NCBI GenBank assembly: GCA_000004985.1
Contig: GG738883.1
DNA from: Naegleria gruberi
Taxonomy: Eukaryota
Length of the DNA stretch: 64,000 nucleotides
Direction: 5' to 3' (one strand)
Of this stretch, positions 23,939-35,800 are shown piece by piece; position 1 is the first letter of the stretch; the number at the start of each line of letters is the position of its first letter. The notes beneath the pieces were generated by a model. The model saw nothing but the letters and a program-made list of their open reading frames with translations. It had not been told where the DNA came from and searched no databases. The translations under genes were made by a program, and so were the position numbers.

Positions 23939-25251
23939 ATAATCCATATGGATCATCATCTGCTCCTCCATTGGTGATGAATCAACAACAGCAACCACCT
24001 ACTTATGGACAGCCTATGAATCAACAACAACAACAACCACCGATGCATCATCAACCGAATTATGGACAAGTTGTGCAACCAACAACATCGGGTGGATCGA
24101 TTACAGTTTCTACTACACAACAACATCCACATTCATTCTATTATCCATATTATTCATATCAGACAACTACTAATACTAACATTCCAATTCATGGACAACC
24201 ACAACAAGGATCAGTCCCACCACCACAACAACAACATGTACAACAACCGTATGGTCAACCACAACCACCAATGAATCCACCAAGTACTAATATTCAACCT
24301 ATGAATCCTTATGGTCAACCAATGATGACTCCACCACCTGTTGTGAATAGTTCACCATTAACTGTTGCCTCAGTCCAAACTAGTATTACATTCAGTAATA
24401 CTACTACTCCAACTCCAACACACAACAGTATTAAATATCAAATTAACCCACCTCTCCACATTGCTCCACATTATTCATTGAGAGGAGAATTGGTATTAAA
24501 AACACAACATCCATTCTGTGTGAGAGCTATGCATCATTCACCAACAATTATTATTGCTGATTCGAATACTAGCAAAATTACCTTGTTGGATAGTTCAAGT
24601 GGGATGGTAAGAGAAACCTTCGATGTTACCACAGGATGTGTTGGAGGTGTTGGAGTTGATCCAATGGATGACAGTTTTTATATTGTTTCTGGACAGAAAA
24701 TTCTAAAATATGGAGCTAATGGAGTTCATTTGGGAACTTTTGGAGAGAATTTCAATTTGAAAAAGCCATACGGTCTAACAGTCGACGATCAAGGGTTTGT
24801 CTATATCTGTGATCTTCATCAACATATTTTTGTAATGACTCGTGAAGGAATCATGGTCAGATACATCTCAGTAGAGAAGCCTTATGATATTTTCTTTGAT
24901 AAATTAAATCAAACTCTTGTAGTGACTGACCAAGATAAGGATTGTGTAAGAGTTTTAACTAAAGAAGGTCTGAAAATTAGAAAAATTGGTGGAAAGGGAA
25001 ATGCTAAAGGTCAATTCATTTCACCAAGTGGAGTTTGTGTAAATGCAGGTAGTAACATTATTGTTGCAGATTATGGAAATCATAGAGTGCAAGTATTTGA
25101 TTGTATGGGAAGATTCCTCTATTCTATGGGAAATAAGGGAAAATTAGAATCAGAATTTGATTTACCAAGATCAGTATGCACTGATATTAATGGAAATTTA
25201 TTTGTTGCTGAATATGGAAACTCTAGAGTTCAAATATTCAGGAAAATGTAA
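23758..25251 (+). CDS. NHL-repeat protein of 497 aa with a long poly-Q, Pro-rich N-terminal low-complexity region. Tandem paralog of 22412..23398.
   Basis: The first ~230 aa are Q/P-rich, including a (CAA)n run at ~23895-23940. The C-terminal ~270 aa are collinear with the upstream NHL gene (GQFISPSGVCVNAGSNIIVADYGNHRVQVFD; LPRSVCTDINGNLFVAEYGNSRVQIF). Confidence 0.85.
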
Positions 25252-25435
25252 ATAAACTTCTCTTTGCCCAGATAGATTGTAATGAACATTTTATAGAATT
25301 TAGATGCCTACGAAAGAGATTGTATCACTTATCGTATGGAAAGTTGTTGTTTGCTATTCTAATAAATTCCTTAAATCAATTTAGTATTAGCCAATAACAC
25401 TAATAAAAATAATAACTTTAAGGATAGGAATGTAA

Positions 25436-25499
25436 AGCAAATTGGAAGCGCGATGGGCTCATAACCCATAGGTCCTAGGATCGAAACCTAGATTTGCTA
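25436..25499 (+). pseudogene. Initiator tRNA-Met (CAU) copy with an 8-nt deletion that removes the 5' D-stem/loop. Probably a pseudogene.
   Basis: Apart from the loss of CGCAGCGG after position 9, it matches the intact copy at 37830..37901. The anticodon arm ATGGG-CTCATAA-CCCAT and the T-arm CTAGG-ATCGAAA-CCTAG are intact. Without the D-arm a cloverleaf cannot form. Confidence 0.7.
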
Positions 25500-25604
25500 A
25501 TCATTTTACAATTTTGGCATTGAAACAATCTATTAATAAATTTAGTGAACTAAGGCAAAAACAAACCAATATTAATTTAAAAGGAATTAATTTAAAAAGG
25601 AAAT

Positions 25605-25676
25605 GGGGACCAGTGGGAATCGAACCCACGGCCTCTCGCACCCAAAGCGAGAATCATACCACTAGACCATGGTCCC
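25605..25676 (-). tRNA. tRNA-Pro (UGG)
   Basis: The reverse complement is GGGACCATGGTCTAGTGGTATGATTCTCGCTTTGGGTGCGAGAGGCCGTGGGTTCGATTCCCACTGGTCCCC. It closely matches eukaryotic tRNA-Pro(TGG). The anticodon loop is TTTGGGT, the T-loop is TTCGATT and the acceptor stem has 7 bp. Confidence 0.9.
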
Positions 25677-26217
25677 TTATATTGAATGAATAATATTAAA
25701 AAAAATTGATGTCTAGAACTTTGGCGCATTTGATTGAATTTACTATTGTAATATTCCATTCTTTGAAAATCTTGTAATGGGCTTCTTTCTTCATCAAAAA
25801 AAAACAAGAGAAGCACATAGATTTCAGATGCTGATTCTTCATCAAACAGATTATCCTCTGATTCAGATTTTGATTCATCATTATCACAAAGGCCTCACCT
25901 TCAAAAATATCTTGAAAAAGTGTCTCACCAGAAAAAGATACCATTACTACATTCCATCAAGCTTAAGGATTATGTTTTCAAATCCAAAAATGATTCTTCT
26001 TCTTTCTCGAAGATTTCCAATTCAACCAAGAGGGTATTTGTAAATTGAAGATCTTAATGGATACATTCATTTTTAGAAAGTATGTCGATTAGTTCTGAAT
26101 AAAATTGAATTGTTATTACAACAGACTTCTATGTAGGGCGCCCATTGTTTGAATTATTATTCACATACTACAAAGAACACAAAGTGTCAAGGTTTTTTAA
26201 CAAAAGTCTGCCATAAT

Positions 26218-27165
26218 TTATTCATCGAATGGATCTTCTACTCTCGCACTAGTGAGCTCTAATAATTGATTCATATCTTCTCTCAATACTCTTGTTCTTT
26301 CCTCATCCAAGTTCAACGTTTCACTTGAGAACAATCCAAAGAATTCATAAACTCGAGGTAATATTTCACCTCTTCTGAATTTCGAACTTCCAAATAATCT
26401 ACATCTTGGATGATTACAAGTTTTCAAATCAATGATATCTTCAAATGACCATTCAGTTGGTTTTCCTTCATAAGTTTTAAATTTTTCCTCAATCATCATA
26501 CATAATTGATGTGTATAATCACAAAATGTATCATAATCTACAATAATTTCATGGAAATAGAGTCTATATCCTGATTTGTATTTGGCTGTAGTTGTAACAG
26601 CATCTTCCCATTTTCCATGACATTGTGTCAATACCATTGAAATATCTTTTTTAGGAAAATATTGTTTTGTAAATTGCATAATACTATCAACCCATCCCAA
26701 TTCCACAATATCACATGGTTTTTCAATTTCCACTTTCAAATCAATATCAACATATAATCTAAATGCATGTTTAGTTCTCATTTCCTCAATGTACATTTTA
26801 GATTTATCAAGTATTGTCTTCTTCCAAGCACTCAAATATTCATTATACATTTGTTGAGATCTGAAAATGATGTGATAATGTCCTCCTCGTTGTGACACAT
26901 GTGTTGGATGTTCTAAACATAAAACTAAATTCTTTTCATTGTGTTTCAAGAGCCATTTCTCTAATTCGTCTTGTGGTTTATAATCCTCGATGCATTTTCT
27001 TGCTTTTACTTGTGAAAAGACGACACCATATTCTCCAATCTTGGAATTACTATTGGATGATGTTGAATTTCCTTTAATTTCGGAATATCTTTTCACATTG
27101 GGTGAAATTTTTGTAATTGATTCCAGTGATGATCCGGACTGCTGACTATGTTTCTTTGGTGCCAT
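26218..27165 (-). CDS. Hypothetical protein of 315 aa with an HUH-like motif and a DxD motif. Possibly a Rep/primase-like nucleotidyl-transfer enzyme; speculative.
   Basis: The ORF is uninterrupted. Motifs present are GGHYHIIF (His-hydrophobic-His-hydrophobic x3), FRLYVDIDLKVE (hhhDhD), TQCHG, IIVDYD and paired Cys (CNHPRC; FCDYTHQLC). The motif order resembles archaeo-eukaryotic primase or rolling-circle Rep catalytic cores, but I cannot assign a family from sequence alone. Confidence 0.45.
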   Translation of the reverse strand: MAPKKHSQQSGSSLESITKISPNVKRYSEIKGNSTSSNSNSKIGEYGVVFSQVKARKCIEDYKPQDELEKWLLKHNEKNLVLCLEHPTHVSQRGGHYHIIFRSQQMYNEYLSAWKKTILDKSKMYIEEMRTKHAFRLYVDIDLKVEIEKPCDIVELGWVDSIMQFTKQYFPKKDISMVLTQCHGKWEDAVTTTAKYKSGYRLYFHEIIVDYDTFCDYTHQLCMMIEEKFKTYEGKPTEWSFEDIIDLKTCNHPRCRLFGSSKFRRGEILPRVYEFFGLFSSETLNLDEERTRVLREDMNQLLELTSARVEDPFDE

Positions 27166-27341
27166 TATAAAGTTATTATTAAATATAATTGTTAATATCT
27201 TGAATTGATTATTTTTTTTTAATTGATTTGAAATTCATCAATTTACATCAAATTTGAACTTTATTTATAGTTTTAAAGTTCAATCTCAAAATTTAAAGGT
27301 TGTTGTTGGTTTGTACAATTTTTACAAAGTTGTAAAAAGTT

Positions 27342-29327
27342 TTAAAGGGTTATTGCCGATGGGATAAAACGTCTAAATGGTTCATAGAAACAGCTCTGAT
27401 ATGTTTCGCTACCCTTAGTGAACTCGTCTTGTCCATAAATTGGTTTTGAATTGCTAGTGATTGGTTGTGGAGATGGGTGGAAATGATTATTTTCTTGTTT
27501 CTTTCTCAAAATTTGGACAATCATTATTTCGTAAACTACTGTAAAATCAGATAGTTTCTTAACTCGCTTTGCTAGAATATCTTTGTTTGGATTTTGTCTG
27601 CTTTTAGGTGATACAAACAGGTGTCTTCGTTCTCCCAGAGACATTTGGCAAAGATGTTTCTCGATATCTGGATTTACTTGACCTTTACCAATAGTAAATT
27701 GAAGTAAATCTGGAACTACTTCAATATCTTTGGCAACAGAATCAAATATAATGCTAACTGTTGATGTAGAGCTGGATGTACCACCTCCTCTTCCTGAAGA
27801 GTCAGTAGACCAGTTGTCTTCAGCATCTTCTGGATCGTGATTTGTTATTGGTGGCAGAGCAGATGAATTAGAGGAATAGAGAGATAGGTCATCTTCACTT
27901 CTTTGCGAAAGTGTCAGTCTAGAATCAGTGCAAGTGGTTGCAAAACTCAGTTCTGAAAATGAACTTGCTACAGATGCTCTACTATCATAAACTTCGCTAT
28001 TATTTGTGCTGGTGGAAGTTATTTCGTCTTCCGAATCCACATCAGATTTTCTTTGTTTTAACAAGAACTTGTTATTGGCATGTGACAACCAATTTTCAAA
28101 ATCAGTATAACTATTTGATGGTGGTTTGACAATGTACAAATCCTTGTCATCATCGAACCCTTCTTCTCCTTCTTCATCATCGCTTGTATCATATGAAACA
28201 CTACAGTGTTTGTTTGTTTCAATAGATTTATAAGTCTTATCCACAATGGTATCATTCAATAGCTTTGCAACATAATGTACAGAAATAGAATCCCCAATTT
28301 GAGGTCTATTTGTTTCGTCTCCCTTTTGCAATATTTTCGAATAAGTTCCATTATTTAGAGCTCTAACAGCACAATTACATTCAAATTTGTGTTTTGGCCA
28401 ATCCGATACTTGATGTTCTTTACAACAATATCTAACTTCTCTACATAAGCTGCAAGTTTTAAGTTGTAATCTTCCTGAATCCAATGATTTGTTAGATAAT
28501 TTACAATATTTACAAAACAAAAATCTTTCCATTTCCTTGCCACTTGTTTTTCTAGTGAGTTTCTTTTTCGAGTTTGAAACTGATGATAATTTAGTGGCAT
28601 ATAACATGTCAATCTTGGAATCTTTAGTTGAAATTCCAAAACCTGAAACTAATTTTCTGGCATGAGTAATGGTGTCAACCGTAGTCGAAGATGATGATTT
28701 TCTCTTTCCATTTGTTTCGGTTTGTTGATTATTAGATTTCATATTTGCTAAACTATAAGGATCAACTTGTTTCGTATTATTATTATTATTATTTTGACAG
28801 GTATTAAATTCTTCCTGTTCTTCGGTAGTAGTTGTACTAGTAATAGTCTTTGCTTCAAATTCACTTCTCTCCTGCTGAAGATGATGATGATGCTGACTTC
28901 CTTCCTTCGTCGTCAGATGAGCGGAATTAGAGAAGAAACTGCTCTGCTCTGCTTTTTGCTGAGTTATTGTTGTTGTCGAAGAAAGGTTTGCGTGTCTGAG
29001 AAAGGCTTTGGAGCGAAATTTTTTAGTGCTGTTTGATTCGTAATGTTGGTGTTGGTGTTGGTGGTGTGCGACATTAACGCCATCATCATCATTGTTATTA
29101 TCAGAAATTTTCATTGGTTTGAGTGGATCATTGTTTTGATAGTTGTCTTGATTTGGATTGATAATTGGTTCTGTCAGGTATTCTTCGTCTTCTTGTTGGT
29201 TAGTGGTGGTGTTTTTGTGATTATTGGATGTTAGAGGAGTTTGTTCTTCTTGAGGTGAAGATGAAGGAAATTGTTGTTGTCCTGAGAGAAGTAACGGATT
29301 GATTTGAATCATTGGTGAAGTGGCCAT
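27342..29327 (-). CDS. MYND-type zinc-finger protein of 661 aa with a C-terminal FKBP-type peptidyl-prolyl isomerase-like domain that is split by a low-complexity insertion.
   Basis: The MYND finger is CKYCK...CSLCREVRYCCKEHQVSDWPKHKFEC. The FKBP-like halves are IGDSISVHYVAKLLNDTIVD and, after an acidic insert, FTIGKGQVNPDIEKHLCQMSLGERRHLFVSPK (compare the FKBP motifs GKGQVIKAWD and GE...L.I.P). His/Gln and Asn/Thr runs are also present. Confidence 0.65.
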   Translation of the reverse strand: MATSPMIQINPLLLSGQQQFPSSSPQEEQTPLTSNNHKNTTTNQQEDEEYLTEPIINPNQDNYQNNDPLKPMKISDNNNDDDGVNVAHHQHQHQHYESNSTKKFRSKAFLRHANLSSTTTITQQKAEQSSFFSNSAHLTTKEGSQHHHHLQQERSEFEAKTITSTTTTEEQEEFNTCQNNNNNNTKQVDPYSLANMKSNNQQTETNGKRKSSSSTTVDTITHARKLVSGFGISTKDSKIDMLYATKLSSVSNSKKKLTRKTSGKEMERFLFCKYCKLSNKSLDSGRLQLKTCSLCREVRYCCKEHQVSDWPKHKFECNCAVRALNNGTYSKILQKGDETNRPQIGDSISVHYVAKLLNDTIVDKTYKSIETNKHCSVSYDTSDDEEGEEGFDDDKDLYIVKPPSNSYTDFENWLSHANNKFLLKQRKSDVDSEDEITSTSTNNSEVYDSRASVASSFSELSFATTCTDSRLTLSQRSEDDLSLYSSNSSALPPITNHDPEDAEDNWSTDSSGRGGGTSSSTSTVSIIFDSVAKDIEVVPDLLQFTIGKGQVNPDIEKHLCQMSLGERRHLFVSPKSRQNPNKDILAKRVKKLSDFTVVYEIMIVQILRKKQENNHFHPSPQPITSNSKPIYGQDEFTKGSETYQSCFYEPFRRFIPSAITL

Positions 29328-29805
29328 TATGTTGATTCAAGGAAGGTAGATAATTATAATAGAGGATTTTTCTTTTGCATGGCCCCTTGCATGCTGTTGG
29401 CATTGATTTCGTCAACATTAGTTGATGCGATTCAAGGTTAATAAGAGCGAAAAAGCATATAATAAGGTGTGAACGAAATTTAACTTCTTTAAAAAGCTTT
29501 AAAGAAAAGAATCAGCAGGCTTGTGATGGTTGTTATTTCTATTTTCTCAGAATTTCACAACCTAATGGACCATTTTACAATATTTAATAAACATGTATCT
29601 GTTCATTCGAAAGAATATTATTCTTTACAACAAGTTTAACCAATGCATATCACTATTTTCCTTGAAAACAAAGTTTCCACCAATATCAATATTAATTGAC
29701 TTTTGATGAATAATTCAATTCTTAATATTTCTTTAAATTTTAAATTAATAAAAAGTTTTTAACTTTCCTTGATTTAATAAATAATTATAGTTTATTACTG
29801 GACAA

Positions 29806-32800
29806 TTACCAAAATGCACACCAACCGATGTACATTTGACATAAATTAGAGTTAGATGTTGCTTGCTCAATTAAGAGTTCAACTTGTTCAGAACAATTCA
29901 AAGTGTGAGGCTCATCTTCAATTTGGTCATCCTCATCTTCATCAACAAAATCTCTGCCCAAAAGCTTGCTTTCAATTCTTGAACTGACAGATAAAGCTCT
30001 TTGGTTGAGAGCTTCTGGTTGTTTGAGTGATTCTTCTTCAGTTTCATCACTTTGCAATGATCTTCGGAGATTCTTCTCACGAAGTGATCTAGAAGGATAA
30101 TGTACACTATCGTGGTCGGTGTAAGATGAAACAGTTTGAGGAGAACCTTCATTATTTGACCTGAGTCCCATATCAGAGTCTTGTTGCATATTATTTGCAA
30201 TATTTTGCATGGAAGATTCTTGAGTATTGTCTTCATCATTTTGAGTTTCAAGCAAACGCCAATTGATCAAAGGATCGTGGACGAAAGCTTCTAACATGGC
30301 CATAACAGAATCCTTATTTTCTCTTAACACTCTCATGACACTTTCACAAGTAGATTTGAATGTTCCTTCAATACCACAAACCTCCATAGCATTAATGAGC
30401 ATTCTTGTAAGTCTGAAAGGAACCTTTTCAGGGAACTTATCTCTGTGCATAGCAACTTCGAAACAGTCACCAAAGTCAATGTGAACAATTTTACCAGTTG
30501 ACTTTTCCAACATCAAGTTACTAGGGTGTCTGTCACCAAGACCAAGAATATAACCAACAATAGACATAACAGCCAATGAACGGGTATAGTTAGTTCTTCT
30601 TTCAAGCCAGACTTCAGAGTTTCTACTCTTGAGCCACAATACTTTGTACAAATCTTGTCCTGTGGTATTTTCAAGAGCGTATTCAAACACTTCAATCTTT
30701 TGCATTAAAGTTAAATTTTCATAATCAAAAGCGACTTGTTGCATGAGTCTATGTTCAATGTTCAAGAGTACATTTCTGCTATCCCTGAATTCCTTGATAA
30801 GAGCGTGAAGAGTATCACAATTGTCAACCCAACCAATCAAACCAGCATTAGAGCTGAGTGGAATAACAGCATATCTCTTAATACTAAGATCACGAGTAGA
30901 TGTTTCAGGATCATTCTTCAGCAAGGTGTTAACCAAACCGAAGAGTTGCATTACTCTTTCGTCTTGTCTTAAATCTTCGTGACCCTTCAACAAGAATTGA
31001 TACTCGTTACCGTCACTACCGAAAATCTTGAGTTTTCTTGGTCTTTGTTTGGAAGATATAACTCTCAATTGACGAGCAAAGTTAGCAATTCTAATAACTG
31101 GTTGTCCACTCTTGTAAGTACCAGGAATGGCAAGTTCTAAATCATTAGCTTCCAATAATTTTGGAGAAACAATTTGCAATTCAAGCTTCATCATGTGTGG
31201 AAGTTGCTTATCAATTCTTCTAAATACATGATAGTACAGGTCCCAAGCTTGAGAAAGTTCCTTTTCTTTCTTTGTTCTTTGATACTTTTTACAGAATTCC
31301 CAAGCATCCTGGAGGTCTCTACCGAAACCTTGTGCAAAAGCGATTTCGCTCAAAGTCTCTGGATTTTGAATCATTTCATGCAATGGCTTCAAGGTATTTA
31401 ACATGCCAGGGACGTTGTGTTCGCCAAAGTACAATCTAGATGCTTCTTGAAGTCCTTCATGCCACAATTCGTTCCACAAAATTGCAACTCTAATCAACTC
31501 ATGACTGACCATAAGAGCTTGTTCGGCAAGAACTGGGTTATTTTGTCTCATGTAATTAAGCAAGGATTCAGCAGCCTTCTTTCTTGACAAAGATTGAGAG
31601 TATGAACAAACTGTTAATGGATAAACCAAAGCTTGAGGATGTACTTTGCCAACCTTGGACAAAAGCTTGTGGATCAATTTACGAACAGGACCCACATGGG
31701 AGTTAACACGAGCAATAATTTGCGGAATAACTTCGAGCCATGTATCAATTGAAACAGTATTAAAACCATCAACCAGAGTCTTTTCAATTTCTTTCATAGC
31801 ACCATGTTTGAACCACAATGTAAGTAAACGTAAAATATCTTGCAAGCTTGAGTTTCTATCTGGACTGAGATTAATAGAATTGAAAAAGCCAGTAAGAGCA
31901 GAGATGAGATAAATAGTCATAGCTTCCATATTTCTTGAAGAAGGTTGAGACTTCTTTTCAAAGTGAGAAACAACTTCAGAGTTGAGAAGAGCCCATTCGT
32001 GCCAAGCTTTGTACCATTCCTTATCGAAATCTGTGGCAGCCTTGAAATGAGAAAGAATTTGTGGTAATTTGCTCTCTTCTAATCCACCATGTTGTCTGTA
32101 AATAACCTTTTGCCATTGTCCCAATGTAAGGAATGCTCTAGCTTTAAGTTGGTTATCACATTGAATGTTGTATACAAATTGGTTCATTAATTCATAAGCT
32201 CTCATTTGCTTTCCTTCAACCCACATGTGTTTGAAATATTCATATGAAATCTTTGGATGTACTTCTGGAGAAATGAGAAGCTTTTCTGGTTCTTCACTCA
32301 ATGAAATTCCATCAACTAATTTTTGAAGAATCTTTTCACTCATTCTAATCTTGTTAGACTTTCTGCAAATAGAAGCAAACTTCAACCATGTCGAAAGATC
32401 TTGTCTTTCAGGAATTACTAATTTTCTAACTGAGAGAATGTTTTGCCAATGTTCAACATTTCTCTTACAACCATGAAGTCTGTCAATCCATATTTGGTGA
32501 GTAAGAGCTTTGGTTTCTTCATCTTCAGCCTTTTGATATCTAATAATTTCTTCCATTTCAGACAATTGTTGGACGGTAACAATAATATCATAGGCTCTAT
32601 TGTAACTTTCACCAACAAGTGCTGCAAGTTCGGTATCCAAAACTTTACGAGTCTTATCAATCAAAACCTCTGCATTATGATGATCCTTTTGGTGAATAGC
32701 CAAAATTGCTCTAAAGAAAGCACCTTCACTTGTATCTTCGCTGAGAATGTTAACATAATTTCTCATGCTTTCCCATTCTCCCAAGTTCCAAGCAGCATGA

Positions 32801-35800
32801 GCTGCCATTGGTGCCATTTCTTCTTTGATAGTATCACTGAAAGTGTTCCATGATTCTTGGCAAAGCTTGAAAAGCTTTTCCCATTCGCCAATAGCCTTCA
32901 AACATCTCATCTTACCTAGAGTTAGGCTTTGGTCATATGGATTTTGCTTTTGTTTGATACTGTAGGCGTCATAAGCTTCCTTCCATCTTTGAAGTTTTTC
33001 ATACCACGATTCTTTGAGTTCAATACTGTGATTCTTTTGAGCATATTTAAGAATACCCATAGCGGCTTCATGTTGTTGGAGTTGGTTATTGATACTAATC
33101 AAATCTTCAATGAGAGCACTTGGATTTTGTTGGAATTCAATTTCCTTATAGTGCAATGCCTTGGCAAAACATTGACATTTTTCAGCCAAAGCACCAAGAG
33201 CACTTATAGCAATAGGAAGTGGATTTTCATCATGTTCCATAAATTCTGCCAAGTTCAAAAGTGTTTGCAAAACTTCAGGAGGTAAATCAGGGGAAGAGAA
33301 TGCCATCTCCAAAGCACGCACAACTTCATTTTGTGCCTTATCATCAAGTTCAGACCAACAGCTGACAAAACCAGCATTAAATAATTCTCTAGTAAGTGGA
33401 TGATAGACTTGAGCTAATGCTGAACATGAACGTAATGCAGGAGAAGGAGATTCTTTCAAAAGTTCAACTGAAAAACCTCTATTCCATTCAATCCAATCGT
33501 CCTTGGTTGCTCTCTGGGATGCTTCCCATGCCTTTCTCAAACTATTTTGGTTGATAACCATTTTCTTGACCTCTGTCATTGAGTCTTCTCCATTAGAATT
33601 ACTAACTTCATCTTCATCATCAGGCATATTAGGAAGTGGAAGTCCCTTCAACAAGTGGAATATGAATTCATTATACTTTTGATGTGTGATATTATATTGA
33701 GTTAACACTTTAGTAACCATTGGAATGAAAATAGAAAAGTCGCTTCCCAATTGGTGAATAATATTGCAGAGAGTATCCATAGCTTCTTGTCTAATTTCAT
33801 TGTTTGGTATTTTGAGAACTCTAGAAAGTGGATGAATAATTCTTGAAGAATATTCTGAGAAGTTCAAGATTCTACTCAATTTACCAATACATCTAATAGC
33901 CTCTCTCTTAAGAGAAATATTAGCCAATGGAGCTTCGAACAATTTAACCACTGTTGGAATAACGAGATATAAATATTCTTCTAAATGTCTACCAAAAACA
34001 ATAAGTGCATGAAGTGCTTTCTTTGCTGGTTTAAATTGTTGAGGAGTTTGAAGAACGCTCAATATTTGAGGGATAACATCAGGAAGGTTTGGTTTGAATT
34101 GCTCATTAAGTGCTGTACAAATTTCCTCTTCTAGTGAAATAATTTGTTCCTTGAAATCAGTATCAGAAGAACTCATATCCCAGAACTCGTGGATAAGTAG
34201 GAAAATCTCGTCTAAATAGTTTCTGATATGCTGCTTAACAATAGAAACTAGCAAACTTAATTGTTGGAAAACAGTATTACGAATATTAGGTTCACAATTT
34301 CTAATCAAGTTCAAGAAAGGAGGCATAACTTGAGGTAAGAAAGGAACACATTTCATATTTAAACTGGTAAAGATAAACATGACTGCTTGGATGGCGTTAA
34401 GATGGTGAATGGCAAGAGAAGGATCAGTCAAAATTCTAATAAGAGCATTAAATGCAACTGTAGGATAGTATTCTTCAGAAGAAGGGCTTAAACCTGGAAT
34501 AATGTCGCTGCTGTCGTTAGTTTCCTTTGCTGATTCCAATTGGAGCTTGTGTTGATATGGATCAATAGCACCAATAATACCAAGAACTTTGATTATTTCT
34601 CTTCTTGTGGTCCATTCTTCTTCCGACTTTAAAATAGCTAATAAAAGTGTCAGTAAATTAGGATACTTGATATAGGGAGTGATTACATAACCAGTGCTGG
34701 CAACTATTTGTCCTAAAGTCTTTACAGCCATAGCTCTCTTTGCTGAAGAACTTTGATCTTGTAAAGTTTCAATTACAGAAGGCAAAAGATCATCAATAAA
34801 ATCAGCAATATCCATTCCACCAACTTCTGCAAGTTTACCTGTTGTATCCAATACACAAGAGGCTACATTTGGATTATTGTCCTTGATTCTTTCCATTAAA
34901 ACTTTCAATACGCTCGAAACATATGGTTTTATCAATCTAGGAGCTGCAACTATTAAATGACCAAGCATTCTAGCGCTTTCTTCCTTGCTTCTAGAGTCTT
35001 GACTATATTCAAGTTCAGTCAAAAGTTGGAGAAGAGCCTTTCTTAAAGATGGAAGAACAAATGCAGGATTTCTAATGCTCAATCTTCCAATAACAGAAAT
35101 AGCAACCTCTCTAATTTCGAAAAATTCATCATTAAGAGCAATAAATAAGGATCTCAAATTATCTGATAATGCCAAATAATGATCAAACTTTGGATCTAAA
35201 GAAGATAAAACAGCAAATCTAATTGTGTAGTCTGTATCTGTAATACCAACAATTAAAAGTTTTGCTAAAACATCACCAACAACAGAACCAAAATGACCTT
35301 TAACTGGTGGTTTTCCTTGACTGACAAGAAGTCTGCAACATGTTTTAGCAGCCTCTTTTCTAACAGAAGGTATATCATCATCCAAATATTTTACAACACA
35401 ATCATGTACAAAATCTATCAAGTTGTGTCCCTTGACATTGAAACTTCCCAAAGTTTTAAGAGCAAAAACTATTGTTGGTGTACTATAAAGTGTAGATTCA
35501 ATATGTGGAGCAAATTGGGTTGGAGGTGTGACTGGATTAAGGGTATTAAATGGTTGTCTAGCCAAAATTTGAGAAATTGTGTCCAAAACTCTCTTTTGAA
35601 TAGGTTGTAAGAGTGCAGGGATTTCTTTGGAGATAATTGTAAGGGATTGGATAAGTGTTGTGGTTAAGCCACCAGCAAACATGGAAGGAAGTAAATGTAA
35701 AATACGGAGAGAAACTGTATCACCAACAGCTTTTGAAATATCACTAATACATGTTAAAGATTCCTCGCAAAAGTTCTTCTTTTTGATTTTAAGACCCCAT

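Larger units (their letters stand above)
25299..25715. repeat. Inverted-repeat copy A (~420 bp), carrying the defective tRNAi-Met (+) and tRNA-Pro (-).
   Basis: It is the reverse complement of 37605..38044 at roughly 90% identity. This covers both tRNAs, the spacer between them and ~130 bp beyond the Met gene (CCTACGAAAGAGATTGTATCACTTA...CCAATAACA). Confidence 0.85.

Noticed and set aside
23723-23998. Minus-strand ORF encoding poly-Val (VVVVVV...)
   Set aside because: It is the antisense of the (CAA)n poly-Q run in the NHL gene 23758..25251. It is an artefact of low-complexity sequence.
25592-25816. 74-aa minus-strand ORF (and 37627..37815) overlapping the tRNA-Pro genes
   Set aside because: Its sequence is fully explained by the tRNA-Pro gene. 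ORF callers read through tRNA genes.
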